Source: Callorhinchus milii (taxonomy: Eukaryota). From it: 64,000 nucleotides of DNA. Below, in pieces: positions 11,127 through 25,600 of this stretch. The position numbers and the translations under genes were made by a program. Position 1 is the stretch's first letter. Every line of letters begins with the position of its first letter. Location: assembly GCF_018977255.1 (NCBI RefSeq), contig NW_024704742.1:50718001-50782000 (forward strand), given 5' to 3'. A model generated the notes under the pieces. The model was given only the letters and a program-made list of their open reading frames with translations. It did not search any database and was not told the origin of the DNA.

Positions 11127-12139
11127 AGTGTGTATGCTCATTGGGGCCACAACTTTCTTCCAATTTAAAGGATGTCAGGTGCAAAAAGTCTCAATTTTAG
11201 AGTGAAAGTGACTAGAACTCAGGCAGAAGTTTCTCTTTTTCATCTGCCTACATTTTGTTATTTGCGATGCAATAAACATAAATCATTACTTGCTTTATCT
11301 GACCCATAAGTATATTGACCAATATCTTTCAGTTTCAAACAAAAGAAAGCAGAGATGTTGCTGGGGTTGTGTGTCACACTTAATTGGGAACTATTCTATG
11401 TTTTCCATATGATGAAGTTGGTGTGACTGACGAGATTGATTTGAAACATTGAAGAGGTGAACCTTCAACAGATAATTTGTTCCAGCATGTCAGGAAGCTT
11501 TGGTTTGACCGAAGTTGTTACTTTTAGCTCCAGTAAACAAGGGAGAAGCTACCCACAAGCTCTAGGTTTAATCCTGTATTGATTATTCCTTGATATATTG
11601 GCTGGTGCTGTGTTGAGTACAACAGCATCAACAGTGGAGGGTGGTACTATAATTATTTAGTCTGGTCTAGATTTTTGCAGTAAATTTTTTCCAGAGCAGG
11701 AGATTGGCTCAATGCACTCAATTCTAATCTGAAGGTTTCCTTTAAGCAAAGGGAAGTTGAAAACTCAACAAGAACCTCAGAGTTTAGAAATCACACAATC
11801 TCCTGAGAAAGAGATGTTAAGAGTCACAAAATCATATGAAACGCCTAATGCAAATGGCATGAGCAAACGTTCAGTGTGTTAACAGAATGAACTATTGTCA
11901 CCTATTTGAAGAAGAGAACCAAGCCAGAATCATAGGATACCTAATGCAGTTGAGTCGGTTCTGTTCCTGTATTGCACTAAATGTAGTTATGTTTCCCCAA
12001 TGGGCTCTCACTGTTAATGATGGGATGTACAACTGGATATGGTTTTATCATTTACACATGGGGGATCAATGTGTAGTTTTTATTTCAGAGCATTGAGCCA
12101 CAGACAAATTACTCACCATATACCAACAGGACACAAAAG

Positions 12140-12150
12140 TTTATTTTATT
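12140..12150 (-). terminator. Candidate NFXL1 polyadenylation signal (overlapping AATAAA x2)
   Basis: The minus strand reads AATAAAATAAA followed by GU-rich cttttgtgtcctgttgg, about 1.3 kb past the stop. Alternative AATAAA sites occur at 12373-12378 and 12559-12564. Confidence 0.3.
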
Positions 12151-13431
12151 AATCCCAATTTTCAAGGAAAAGTGATGCAACAATCAGCACAATGCATAGA
12201 GAATTTCCAGTTCAGGCAAACTGTAACATGGCTCACATTGCAAACTATTTATGCTCGGTACTTGTTAACTTTAATGGCCAAATCTCGTGAACACTGAGCT
12301 TTAGCGACACCTTTCATGCAAATTAATGTACACAACCTTGAAGTGATATCTGGCTGTTGGTTGACTTTTTAATTTATTGGTAATTTAAATAGCTGAATAT
12401 AAAATTAAATATAGTTCAACTAACAATTGCTGTCTGAATATATATCATTTAACCCTTTTTTTCCTAATGCATTCATTTTTTGTCAGAAGATTACGCGCAC
12501 ATTAGGATGTTGTAAAGAAAATGTGTCATTACTCTAACTTCAAACAGCAGTGGGGTTGTTTATTTGAGTAGCAAGCAAAAATTTATCTTTTCAGTTTCTG
12601 AATACTAAAATCAACAGTAGCCTTAAAATATCCTGCAAATGTGCTTGAACATTTTGTAATGTTTCATGGTTATTAACTTTCAGCTTGTTGATTTTTTTAA
12701 ATATTTCTGACACTATGTAAAAGCGCACAAAAGATTCTTAGCTAACAAATACTTCTCAATCAGTGTACTGATGATTTGATGATGAAGCAATTAATAATTT
12801 ACAAACTTCCACTTAGCTGAGCTCAACTATGCTATTTCTGCTGGTTCACTCAGCAGGAAGGGAAAGCTTTGTTAACTCTCAGCTTTCATGGCCTTATTAC
12901 TTTCATTGAAGAGTCATCGACACAGACTATGGTCTACATAGACTTGAAAAGCAAAGCAAGTTCCATATTTTAAGCATCTTGCATATACGCATTATGTTCA
13001 TGCAAATTAAAAAAACAAAAGTAATATAATGCAAGCTAAACATCTGTCCTTTTCCTAAAACAAAATGAGTACATGCTTGAAATGGGATTAACATTATCTA
13101 TATATTTTCTTGTTAAATTTGTCAATGCAATGTCACAATGTGCATACATGTGTGCGCACACATATTCTATACACATACGTACATGCTGTTGGAGATTTTA
13201 GACCGTACAAGCAGCCCAATGTAAAATTATGGTACTGTGTAATTGTATGTACAATCAAAATGTTATTAATGATTCATGTAAACGTTTGCAGGCTGCTGAA
13301 ATACTACAAAAAAACTTTCAAATTCCCATATTTACCCCAGCCTGAAGTAGAAACACAATAGGGATTGTGGTATAGATATAGATTATTTAAAAATCAACCA
13401 AAGCTTGACAATACCATACCTTCCCATCTCT

Positions 13432-13605
13432 TCAACTGAGCTGCACTAAGTAAAAGATAACCATTGATAAAATAATTCCACAAACAGGGATCATCAAGTA
13501 ATTCTTGTACTTTGGCCAAGCTGTTTCTTGGGTCTCTACTGTGTCCCGTCTCTTCTTGTTCTTACGACGGCCTTTCAATCGTTTCTCAAAAGCCTCCAGT
13601 TCTGC
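13432..13605 (-). CDS. NFXL1: NFXL1 terminal coding exon (basic stretch plus C-terminal TM helix)
   Basis: ttcag|GCA GAA CTG...[57 protein letters not shown]. Confidence 0.95.
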   Translation of the reverse strand, partial: AELEAFEKRLKGRRKNKKRRDTVETQETAWPKYKNYLMIPVCGIILSMVIFYLVQLS

Positions 13606-16600
13606 CTGAATACAAAACCACATGAAGCAAATTTAGTTCACAAATAAATTGTTGGAAATAAAAAGACAAAAGCCAATATTTTTTTATCTTTGACATGATC
13701 AAAGTTCTCAAAGATTGAAAATTATTTGTTACTTTAATAGTATTTAAATGTATGAAACATACAAAAGTGTTTATAATATAATAATCTTTGATTTGATATA
13801 GTACTTTCACATCAGGAGGATATCTCAAAGCCTTTCACAGGACTTAGTGTATAGTGATTGTGCATTTTGTAGACAAACACAACCAATTTGCCACTCAGCT
13901 ATTTTCAACTAACAGCCATGAGGAGAACGACCATTCTGGGTCATTGTTGGCTAGGATACAGTTAGAAATTCTCTCCTCATTTTGAATATTGCCATGGGAT
14001 CTTTAATGCCGAACTGAACAGCCAGATGTCGAAGCTGACACCTATTTATGGGTATGTGCTGAAAGACGATCACTCAATGAGAACACGTACGTTAGTGTAA
14101 CTGAAGGGAAGTGGGAGAGCTTTTTTTTATTACTGAGCACACATGAATTTAATAAGTAAATGTTCACTGTGACATTGTGATTTGTTTACAAAGCTATGCT
14201 CTGGAAGCTTCTATACTGAGTCACATGGAGAGGCAACTAAAATTCAGCTAACATGTAAATTGAGTCAATCTGTGGTGATTAACTGCCAAGATGCTATCTT
14301 TTTTCACTAAAAATGTACATTAAAAAATACAGGAGCCTGAAAATCAGTTTAAAAAATAAATGTTCACCAGGAAAAATGGTAGTATTTAGTAAGATGAGTT
14401 CAGCTATCTGAAAGGCATCTGAAGTTTTATTCCCCCACCAAAAGTGAATCATTGCTGATTACTTTCCTTTTAGTGTGTTTTTAAATGTTACATTAACCTT
14501 TGTACTATTTATTTTGAACACATAAGTACTATTTTGCTAAAGCTAAATACTTTTTTTTACTTCTCAGCCCTCAGTCAAAAAACATTTGTGGAATTTCAAA
14601 ATCTTAATCAAAATTGAAGAACTTTCTTCAAGCAACTCAACTTCAAAACTTTTGTTTGTTTTGATATCTGCTAGATAAGATATCCAGCACATAGACCTGG
14701 AGAATTGGATTATACCAAATTGATTTTTTTTGATTACCAAAAGTGTAAAATCATATTCATCAGTTATCAAATAAATCACCAGGGAATATTCTGCAGATAT
14801 GTATGAATACGATTCATTTGTCAGACCATTTGACAGATGCTAGCTTAAGTAAAATAAAGAATGAGGTTTACCAGTACCATTAAGTATTTACTGTTTGATC
14901 AACCTCAAAGAGGAATATTTGACAATAGAATGGTTGTATCCCCATCCTGGAGAGGAGTCAAAAATATAATTGGAAAAATTCACCCAGCTCTGACAGTCTT
15001 TTGTTTTTAAACTCTGCTTGGATCTTTTGAACAGGGGTCAGAAGTGTTCTTTTAAAAATGGAACCAAGCTTTTATATTATGATGTATTAATCATAGCAGC
15101 ATTTATAACACTGACAACCCTCCCCCTGGGTAGGATACATACAGAGATTCTGTATGTATCCTACCCGGGGGGAGGGTTGTCAGTGTTATAATTGGAGAGA
15201 ATATTTTGCTAATAAAACTGGAATAAAGCGTCCTGGGAGCACAAGTGCCTACCTGAACATAGGCACGAGGATTACATACTCCACAATTGATAAAAGCAAA
15301 AAATTAAATTTGACAAGCTAATTATTTAAAATTGGCCCTAATATGATTCAAGGTAATCTAATTTTACTAATGAGAAAATTACGAGTGAGCCAATGTGAGA
15401 GGATTCACCCTAGTTATCTAATTCTGGTGAGGATTAGGTGTGTGTGTGTTGGCGAAAGTCAATGCTTGGGGGCCCAAATGTGTATTAGGTTACTAATGGA
15501 ACTAAAACTGCACAACTTGCCAGCACATTCAAGCTGTATCCTGTCCACTCTACCCATTATGGTTCTGGCTTGTAGGGTTTACAGTAGCCAAGTGAGAAGA
15601 ATCCCTGTCCATCCAAGTCCTGCCAACAAACTACACTGGCTGGTGTGTCATCAGCAGTACTATGGAGTACTACAGTTCCATCTGGCTCAGCAACCAGGCC
15701 ACTCGATTCTGACACTCCATTGTCAAGCAAGTCATCTCAAGCCAAGGAGCTTCAAGGAGACCCTGCTTACCTCACTTAATGTAAATCCTTGTATAAATCC
15801 TTAAATGAGACCACAGATGAACACACCTAGAAAGTCAATCCTCACCTTTATTCTAAAAATGAATAAAAGCTGAAGACACAACCTTGCTCATTTTTGAAGG
15901 TGAGGTAACAGTAAACAAAATGAATCAATTTCTATCCTAGATGTCCTACGGGTGACTGTAACAGCCCAACAAAAATGTATTTTAAAAAAGTCGTCATTAG
16001 TTTGCAGCAAGTGAGATAATGAAGCCAAAAAGTGTTACAAAATTTGATCAGTATTTCTTGATGAATGTACAGTTTGGATACCCTCAGCTTTCCAGAGCAC
16101 TTACCTGTTGTTTCAATCTTTCCTCTTCAATGGCTGCTTTCTCTTCAGCTTCTTTCATCTGAAGAAACAGTTTGGTCAAGATATAAACTCTGCTGCTAAT
16201 GCTTAAACTAGCATTTAAAACATCATTATACACGTTGCACGCTGGTCTATGTGCATAATTAAAACCTCACCAATACCTTAATTCAGCAGCTAGGTCTGTT
16301 AAGAAAAAGAATGGTTCACAGAAGTATATTTTGCAAAGTCATAAGTAAATTTGTGAATACTGAGATACTGTCATCAAAATATGGGCATGTCCAGCTAACA
16401 GCACAAAGCTTCACTGCAGGTCAGGTAGGTGCAATACAATCTCTATGAGTAACATCAATGTGGAGTGTTTACAAGGATTGTTGTTCCAAGTAAAAAGTAC
16501 TATTAATGAGCAAAATGAGGAATTCATTTATTCTTCATGGTATCCTCACCATTTGCAATGGTAACCTCAACTGCATTTTGGCCCGACTGTGACTCCCCTT

Positions 16601-19600
16601 AATGAATATATTAGATGCAACAAACAACATTGTAGGAGGCACATTGGGACTACTTTCTGTGCAATATAAGGGTTATCTTGTTTACAGTTAACATTTTTGA
16701 CTGCAAACGGTCAAATAGTTGTTTTGAGATGAGGTCTATAATGGAAATGTGATCACAACAGAGAATACCCATAAGAATTTGGACAATGCCAAATGAGGCA
16801 AACTTTAGTTTGACTGACTGCTCAAGAAATCCTGAATGGATGCTGATATTCATTAGACTAAAATGATTTCTGGGGAAGGTGACCTCATCTTAAAAAGAAC
16901 AGAATGAAACTGAAAGCCCTCCATGGAATTCCTATCTTCTTTTATCGGTATATAATGCATAATTGATACTGAACATATGCAAGTCTCATTTAAAATGTTA
17001 CTCAATATGCACCTTGGGTGATTCTATTTTTTTTGTGAAACAGTAGCCCAACAAAGGCAAAACGATTACAAATATTGAGTTCAGGACAAGACTGGGATTT
17101 AATTACCTCCGTTCAACTTCAGAACCATGTGCTGAAATAACATTTTCCATTTCCTATTAAAATGACGTTTCCTGATTTTTCCAACCAGCTGGTTATTAAT
17201 TCTAAATTAGTTTTGTAAGTTATGTCAATACAACTGACTGTACCTAAGTACTCGATAGGATTCAGGAGGAGAAAATTTGATCTAACAATAACAGTTCAAA
17301 CAATTTATGGAAAAAAATCCCATTGTGACATTTTATTAAACACTGATAATTTAAGAGGGAGACTGGCTTTTTTTTTAAAAAGAATCTACTGGTCTGGATG
17401 TTACAACTTAATTTCTCACCACCTACTCTACCAAAATTATGAGAAGTCCTATATAAATACTATGGAAGCTCACAGTCAGCTGAAATCAATGCAACAGGTG
17501 TTTACTGTAAAAATTTGTACACAAGATATCATATGATCATTTAGGATTTGGGAACAGATTCCTCACACACAGTGTAATATAACAAGAGAAGAGACATTAC
17601 CTCATATGCTTTTTGCTTCATTTCCTGACAGATTTCATCACATTCCACCAGGATCTGCCCCTTGCTTGCCACTGTGCATACCATTTCCTTAAAACACACA
17701 AAATATCCTTGGGATGTCAAATAATGTCACATTAATGGAAAATTGCTGCTTCAACAGACTAAACTACAATGTGCTCGATTAATAGCAAATGTCAGACTTT
17801 AGATTAGAGAAATATATTTATAACATGATCCAATTAACAGGCACATGGTTAATAGGACATTTGCTTAGACATCAATTAATTCTCTATTCATTACCCAATG
17901 TTCATTAAACAGCAGTTGGATAAAGATGCCACAGGGACATTTACATTAAGAGGTTACAAACAGAGATGGGTGGAACTGGTGAAGTACAGTCTGGAGGTTA
18001 TTCTGGCACCCGAGATAACTACTGCATACAAAACAGCTGAACCAAAGTCTATCCCTTCACTGCCCATTGCCTCGAATCATAGATGTATTCCATCTCATAA
18101 ATGGATGCTCATAACCCATCTGCCACTACAGTCTTTTGTACTTACCCAGCTCCAGCCACATGACTAGACAACTTCTACTAAAAATATGCAAATTAATCAG
18201 GGTAAAGTTTGATATAAGCACACTCAAACTGACATAATTTTTTAAAATGCAACTTAATTTTTTTGTAACTGATCTCAGCATATACACATTTCAGTTTTCT
18301 GCACATTTGCTATGTACACTGAGAAAAATATGAAGATAACAAAAGACCATGGATTGTATTACAAATTCTAATCAATATATACAATGATGCTGAAGTTACA
18401 TTTAAAAATGTATGGCTTTATATCTAATGTAATCACTTAACTGAATCATGTTCACAAGAACCACTTGATGTAGATCCCTAAAATGAATATTTTTACCGTC
18501 TGCAAAATTTTACTTGTCATTTTCAAGGTTTTAAAATCCTAAAACGAGCTTTGTATCTTGTGAGGCTTGATATTCCAAGTTATTCTGGTGCCTACATAAA
18601 GTATCAGACACTTTCCCAATATTTTTCCAACTCTAAAATGGCTCTCCAAATGATCCCAACTTAAAAAATGAGGTAAATATTCTGCTTGTCACAAAATGTA
18701 GCGACTTTGTCAATGCATGCGTACAAAGTAAAAAAATCACTAGAAGTGCACAATGTCTGTGTTACTCCACATAGTGTCAAGTAGAAGAAAAACCCATCGC
18801 TAATTACTCATCCAATTTAGTCATATTGCTGCTTGTTGGTATATCTTGGTTCAGTTAATCATTAATGAGCCAGTTGCCAATCCAGAGGTTGTGAGGAAGC
18901 CCTCACAGTTAAGTAACAGGTTCGAAACAAAAATACAGAAAACCCCACATAAGTATCTCAGTAATTCAGATAACTCAAAGCAAATTCAAGCTTATTTTCA
19001 AAAGTGCTTTAGAGAAAATTGTGGGTACCGCCAGTTTCAAGGACTAATTAGACAAAATACATTAAAAACAGAATTCAATAAATAACCTTACTTTATTAAG
19101 AATTTCCAATAGACAATCAATTTCTTTTTTAAAAAATTACCTTTTTTATCCTCTTGCATGGACACTTCAGCTTTACTCTCTGCTTGCAGTTTGTTGCACA
19201 ATCACCAGAGTGACAAATTGCTTTGCATCGATGTCCACATGGCAACTAGATTCAAATTGCAAATGGAAAAATAAATGGAATGTCCGTTCAGCAAATACAA
19301 AATGATAATCTAAAACTAAACTTGATGCCACTTAAAATTCAATTGTAACAGAATTACTTGCAATTGGTTGTTTCAAAATGGATGCACTGGTGTTGGGAGA
19401 CATTTATTTTGTAAAGTCCATTAGTTATTTGCTGCCACATGGATGTGAACATCATCCCTTTCTGCATGTAAGCAGACTTGATTGTGGGCAGATTTTGCAG
19501 TAAAAGTGGTTCCAGGTGGAGGACATATACTTAAAGAGTTTGATTGCAACCAAATACTCTGGAATACATCCCATCAGGAACTGTGTGTACCAGACATCAA

Positions 19601-22600
19601 GTCTAGGATGCCTGCCAACTTTCTACAGTTGAACGTCAGCAAGACCGAGGCTCTCCGGATTGGCTCGCGCCAGTGCCTCTCCACCTCAGGCACTGGCAGC
19701 AGGACCATCCACGAATGCACACTCCACCTCACCAAGCCAGTCAGGAACCTAGGGGTCTTGTTCGATCCTCAACTGTCCTTTCTCTCACAGATCCGTGTTA
19801 TGATCTGCTCTGCCTTCCCTCACCTCCGCAATATCGCCCGGCTCTGCCATTACCTCATCCCTCAAGCCGAAACCTTCATACATGCCTTCATTACAACCAG
19901 GCCAATGCCCTCTTGTCAGCCTTCCCAAGTCTTCCCGACCCAACTGGGACGTCCTTGGGACGTCCTCCCGACGTGAAAGGCGCTCTATAAATCAAATCTT
20001 GTTGTTGTTGTTATTCCCTCCACAAACTGCAGATCATCCAGAACTCTGCAGCTCAATGTCCTCTCCCACACCAGGCTCCGTGACCCATCACTCCACCCTC
20101 GCCTGGCTCCACTGGCTCCCCATCCATCAGAGGATCGAGTTCAAAATTCTCGTCCTCACCTTCAAGACCCTCTGGCTATGCCCCCTCCTGCCTCTCTGAC
20201 CTGCTGACCCCTTATCAACCTGTCTGCTCCTTCCGCTCAGCAGGCTCCAGCCCGCCCAACCATCGGCAGTCGGGCCTTCAGCTTCTCTGCCACCACCCTC
20301 TGGAACTCCATCCCACATTCCCTTCATCTTGTTCCCTCCCTTGTTTCCTTTAGGGCACACCTCAAGACCCACCTCTTCGTCCGTGCCTTCAGCCACCCTC
20401 CTACCCCCACTCTCCCTGATCCCAACCCATTTTATATTGTAATTTTTTATTGTATTGTTCACAAATCTTGCAAACAGAAAGAAGGTAAAATGTCACTTGG
20501 TTATGTAGGAGAGGGGTTTGTTGGGAGGAATAGTTCTAAGTGGATTTTTTCGGAACGCATAAGCACGTGGTTTGGCCAAAGAATTCAGCTTGAAATGAAT
20601 GATAGCTCAAAGTTCCATTGAACACTGAATGTCACAATATTTTTCAGACTTGGGCTGTTTTTCTCTCCTAGTTTAAAAGCAACTGTTCCAGAAAAATCAG
20701 ATTTTGGAAACAGCCAAAATGACAGTTCAACAGGCCACTATTATGGCTGTTTCCAAAATCCTTATTTTGTTCACAAGTGACATCCCTTGGTGCTGCCAGT
20801 TATATAACTGCAATTGAGGCCTCTCCAGTTCATTTAAGAACGCAGACATGAGAATTTGTTTGATTAGCCTGAAAGGAGAATTCATAATGGGGCACCCTAG
20901 CCTGAGTGAAAACTCACACAACCCAACAGTCAGCCAAGAAGACACTGAAGGTGGCCTGGGGTCAGCTCTCCTGAGACATTCTCAACAGCATCAGTCCAGG
21001 CACACTGGAAATGTAACAGCTTCAACAGCAATCAAAATTACTGAATACAGATTTACAATAACAACTTGGATTTATATAGCGCCGGACGGCATCTCAGCAT
21101 AAGTTTGCAGTTATTAGTTTTAAGTTGCAACAATTTAAAGATCGTTGGAACTCAAGTTATTAAAAACCATCAGTAAAAACATCACTATAAAAATATCAAT
21201 ATACATTAAGAATAACAAAAAACAGATGTATGGAGTAGTAATAATACTGTACAAAGTTAGATTTAAGGCTGTAGGAAACTTAACTTGCATTAATATAGTG
21301 TTATTTATGTAAAAACGTCTCCAAGTGCTTTAGGTTCATTCTTGTTTCTATTTGTAACATATATTTGATACATATGAAAAATTAATTCGTCCCTATGTCA
21401 AGTGTAGGATAAGGTTTCTTCGTAGAAAGGTCAGCATCAAGGATTTTAAACCTCAAAGCAAGAACACAGGAAATCCTGGCTGACAGTGGTTGAACAGATG
21501 TGCAGTTGAAAGTTTAGGTATACTGCTGTTCACACCACATACTCGTTAAAAATGTTTAAGTACTTAACAGCAACACTGGAACATATTCCAAGGCAATATT
21601 GCACAATTTGGGCATGAATGATTCAAGCTAAAGTACATAAAACCAAAGTCGTTCTACAAAGCTGTCCAATTACAATTCCATTTAAAAATTCCACTAACCT
21701 TTTCCTACTTAACATCTTACTGCTGTATTAAAATGGTCAATAACTTTTAAACAATGAAATGAACCTTGTGCCTTATGGGCAGATCAGGTATTGGAACCCA
21801 ACGTCCTTTATGATGTTGATAAGCCTTGGTTTTCAATGCACATTTGTATGAGAATTTTAATGTCCACAAGTTACTTCTAAATTTTCCATACATCGTGTCA
21901 ATTTGAATTGTCAGAACTGCACTCTCACATAGCTGGTGGTTGCACACAATATCACGAGAATAAAAGCCAATACACTTTATTTTACTTAATAAACTGCTTT
22001 GCAGTAAGATAATTCAATAATTGTTTAAAGACACTGTTCAATTCTAACAAAGCAGTTTCTGAATTGTAGAATGCATGAAGAAATAAAAGTCAGTGCCACA
22101 GTTACTCCTGGTAATAACCCAGGAGTCTGAAAGATAAGTGAACTTTGGAATTGTGTAGTAATGAAGTTTGTACAAAGCACTAGTTTTTATATTTATCGTA
22201 TTCAGCAATCTTTGGTTTGATATTAGACAAACCACTGATGTGGTGGGAATAAGTGGTGAATGGTATTAAAGGCCAGATACGATCCTTTATCTAGACTGGT
22301 CATCTGTTTCTGTGCAACTGCTCATCTGATGGGATCACAAAGTGTTTTATCATTTGCACTGTACTTTGTGGGCTATGTTGTACTAGTTTTCCTTATGGCC
22401 GCTTGCAGTATATTGTCCAGCACCTTGGGACGTCCTCCCGATGTGAAAGGCGCTATACAAATGTAATTTTGATGTTGTTGTCGGCAATCCTGCCTCAACC
22501 TCTGCAACTGGGTGCTCATGCCTTTTAAAAAAAACACAAGCACTATATAAAGAGAGTTGGCAATCCCATCAGCTTTTTGCACCACTAGACATATCATCAC

Positions 22601-25600
22601 ATCTCCTCTCACTATAGATGTGCACACAGCTAACATGTGCTCCATGGTGACACAATGAGGTGAATTATGCCAGGTGTATTCAACATTACCGACATAACAG
22701 GGGAACAAGTTTAGACAAAAAGATTTAGAGAAAGTGAAAGAAAAATATAGAAAATTGGGGAAAAGACAAAGGAGGATTAAGAAGAGATGATTGAAAGAAA
22801 TTAAAATAAAATAAAATCTAATTATTTTTGTTTTCCATATAAATGGTTTAAAAAAGTGGTATTCATATTTGTTAAGATGTCAATGAATCACTTATTGCCC
22901 ATTTGGTTTTAATTTCCACACTGTTTGAGAGTAGATCAAGTTTTCATAAATAAGATTAGTGTTTATGTGTTCTTGTAATGAACTACATGATTAGAAAAAA
23001 ATACTCGGTAGGTAAAATATTCATTTTGTCTAACTTCTACCCCAGATATGAACTGTTCAACATTCACGACCAAAATAAAGGGCTCTCTGTTGTAAGTGAT
23101 AGCACAGTTGAAATAAAGTACTGTTGGAGACACACCCACAAAGAACACTGGAGACAGTGAATTAATTTTTTTTACATAAAAATGAGGTACTCATTAATTG
23201 AGATGGGGAATTTTTTTGACATACAAATATGATTAGGTAACACACCATCCAATTAGCAGAATATTGTATTTTATTTTTGTTGTTAAAATTTCAGATGGCA
23301 CAGACTGGTTCGTTTTTGATGCATGCGCAATCTTAAAATGTTATGTGTTGAAATATGCTCTTCTGAAGCATTGAAATGTCAAAAATACTCAGGAATAAAT
23401 TAGGTTTTAAGTTACTTTTTAGAGAGGCTTACAATGTGAAGCTGTATTTACATTAGGTTAATTTTCAACAATATTCGCTTGCCTCCCAATTATGCTCTCA
23501 ACTTCCATTTTACTGATTGAAATACAGTGAACATTCTTAGTCAGAATATCTTTTTATTTTAAGGATAATTTTGAAGAATCATGGTTGCTGACACAAGAGG
23601 TTTCTGCAGAACAAAATAACCTTGGTTTCTGCAAAGCAAAACAATCTTGATCAGTTTCAAATCAACTTAATATATAATGAATTCACTGTTGTACTTAAAA
23701 AATAATAATAATCCTTGCATTTGATAAAGTGTCTTACATGTTGGGAGGATGTCTCAAAGTGTTTCATAAGATATGACGTATAATGTAATGACAATGTATT
23801 TTGTAGGTGAATGTGGCAGCCAATTTGCGGACAGCAATGTCCTACAAGTGGCCACAAAGTGAATGACGAATTTTATTTGGGGATAGTTGGCCGGGACACC
23901 AGGAGAAACTCCCTTTTTTTGAGTAGTACAATAGGATCTTTAATATCAACCTTTGGTTTAAGCCTCATCCAAAGGATACCTTCAAGAGTGCAGCAACCAC
24001 CTGCCCCCCACCTCCCCGACTGCATTGGATTCAATAGGATTCAATTCTTTTTCTAGTTAGAGCATACAAAATCTATTAAACATTCAAAATGTCCTAACAA
24101 AATTTACTAAAGAGTAAAACATCATGGCAAATTGCCAGTTCAAACTCAATTGATCCAAGTCCATCAAACTAAAGTTCTAGCCACCCTGCCCTCCATCTTC
24201 AGAGTTTTTGTTAAGCAACAACTTACATTTTCATGAGTAAACATTACAACAAATGGGCTGACAAAGTACTTAGAACGCTAAATTATGATGGAATACTTAA
24301 AACACATCTGGGCATGTGGTACATTTTTTCCCTTCCTTGTGCGTAATTTAAAAGTTTATCTGAAATGGCCCAATAAATTAGTTAATTCTGCAATGCTCTG
24401 AGCACATTCAGGAGAGCCCTGTAATAAAACAATAAATGAAAAGAAAATATATTAAAGCTAAAAGATGGATGAATTATGTTGTTTGAAAAACTGAAAATCT
24501 GCTACTGGAATCTCTGCCAACTTTACTTGGCCCAGTTATCCTACTCTCCAAATTTCTCTTCTTACATGTGGAGATGTACTTGGACAGACTTAGCCAAGGC
24601 AGGCAATGATCCGAAGCCAAGATAAAGATTCTTGGGCATAAAGAAAAAGCGCACATTGTCAAAACATTCAAATTAAGTTAATAAGACAAAAAAGATTCAC
24701 ATGCTGTTCCAATGAAGTAGAGAAAAAAACATGCCAAAGCTTATAGCAATGCTAATAAAATAGATGTTGCACTTATTATATTCCAGATTGGAACCCAAAA
24801 CAAATGTTTGCACAGCATCATCATCAAACATATCATGCAACGGTTATTGAAAAGCTCATCTGAAATCTTTGTTGTAAGAGATTGAAAACAAATAAAATCC
24901 TAAACGAAGTAGGATGTAGGTTTGCAACCAGACAATTTAAATAAAATCAAATGAGACAACAAATACACTGACATTCCTAAAATCTCGGTTCCTTAAACAT
25001 GTGATTAAACCAACAGAAAACCTGGATTAAGGTAAATAACAGGACTTTCCCATCTGTAGAAGCCCTCTCAAAATCTTGTTACTTTTTCTAAGGCCAAAGA
25101 AAGAATCCATCTTGGCAAGTTCCAACAATCTCCCCCGTTCCTTTGAAGTTTTAAAACATCAGGACATAATCGACTAATCCTGTTAACTCCAAGCAGTCAA
25201 ATTACTTGAAAGTTTAGTCTCTGGATCAGCAGAAATCATACAGGAAGTGGAACAGGCACATCAGTGGGATATAACTTATAAACATATACATGCAGAGGGA
25301 GCCTGACAAGGAATTAACTCTCTCTTCTCCTCCTTCCCCCCCCCCCCACCACCACCCAATGAAGACAGATTATCTGTGGGTACCTTATGGGCAAACTCAA
25401 GATTTCTGGCTCACTAACTGTAACTTTGTTCACCCTGGTTAAGTGCTGAGCCCAGAATACTACCCAGTATAAATCAGGGCTGTGCCAGTGAGAATCACAC
25501 TGGAGGTGTTGGTTCAGGAGCAGTGAGTTTTTCTTGCTGCTGTGCAACACAAATCAAATATCACTCCACTTCTCCACATTCCTTAGAAAGCTGTGCCACA

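Noticed and set aside
15343..15804. 153-aa plus-strand ORF in the last NFXL1 intron
   Set aside because: No recognisable domain, and it overlaps a decayed repeat fragment.
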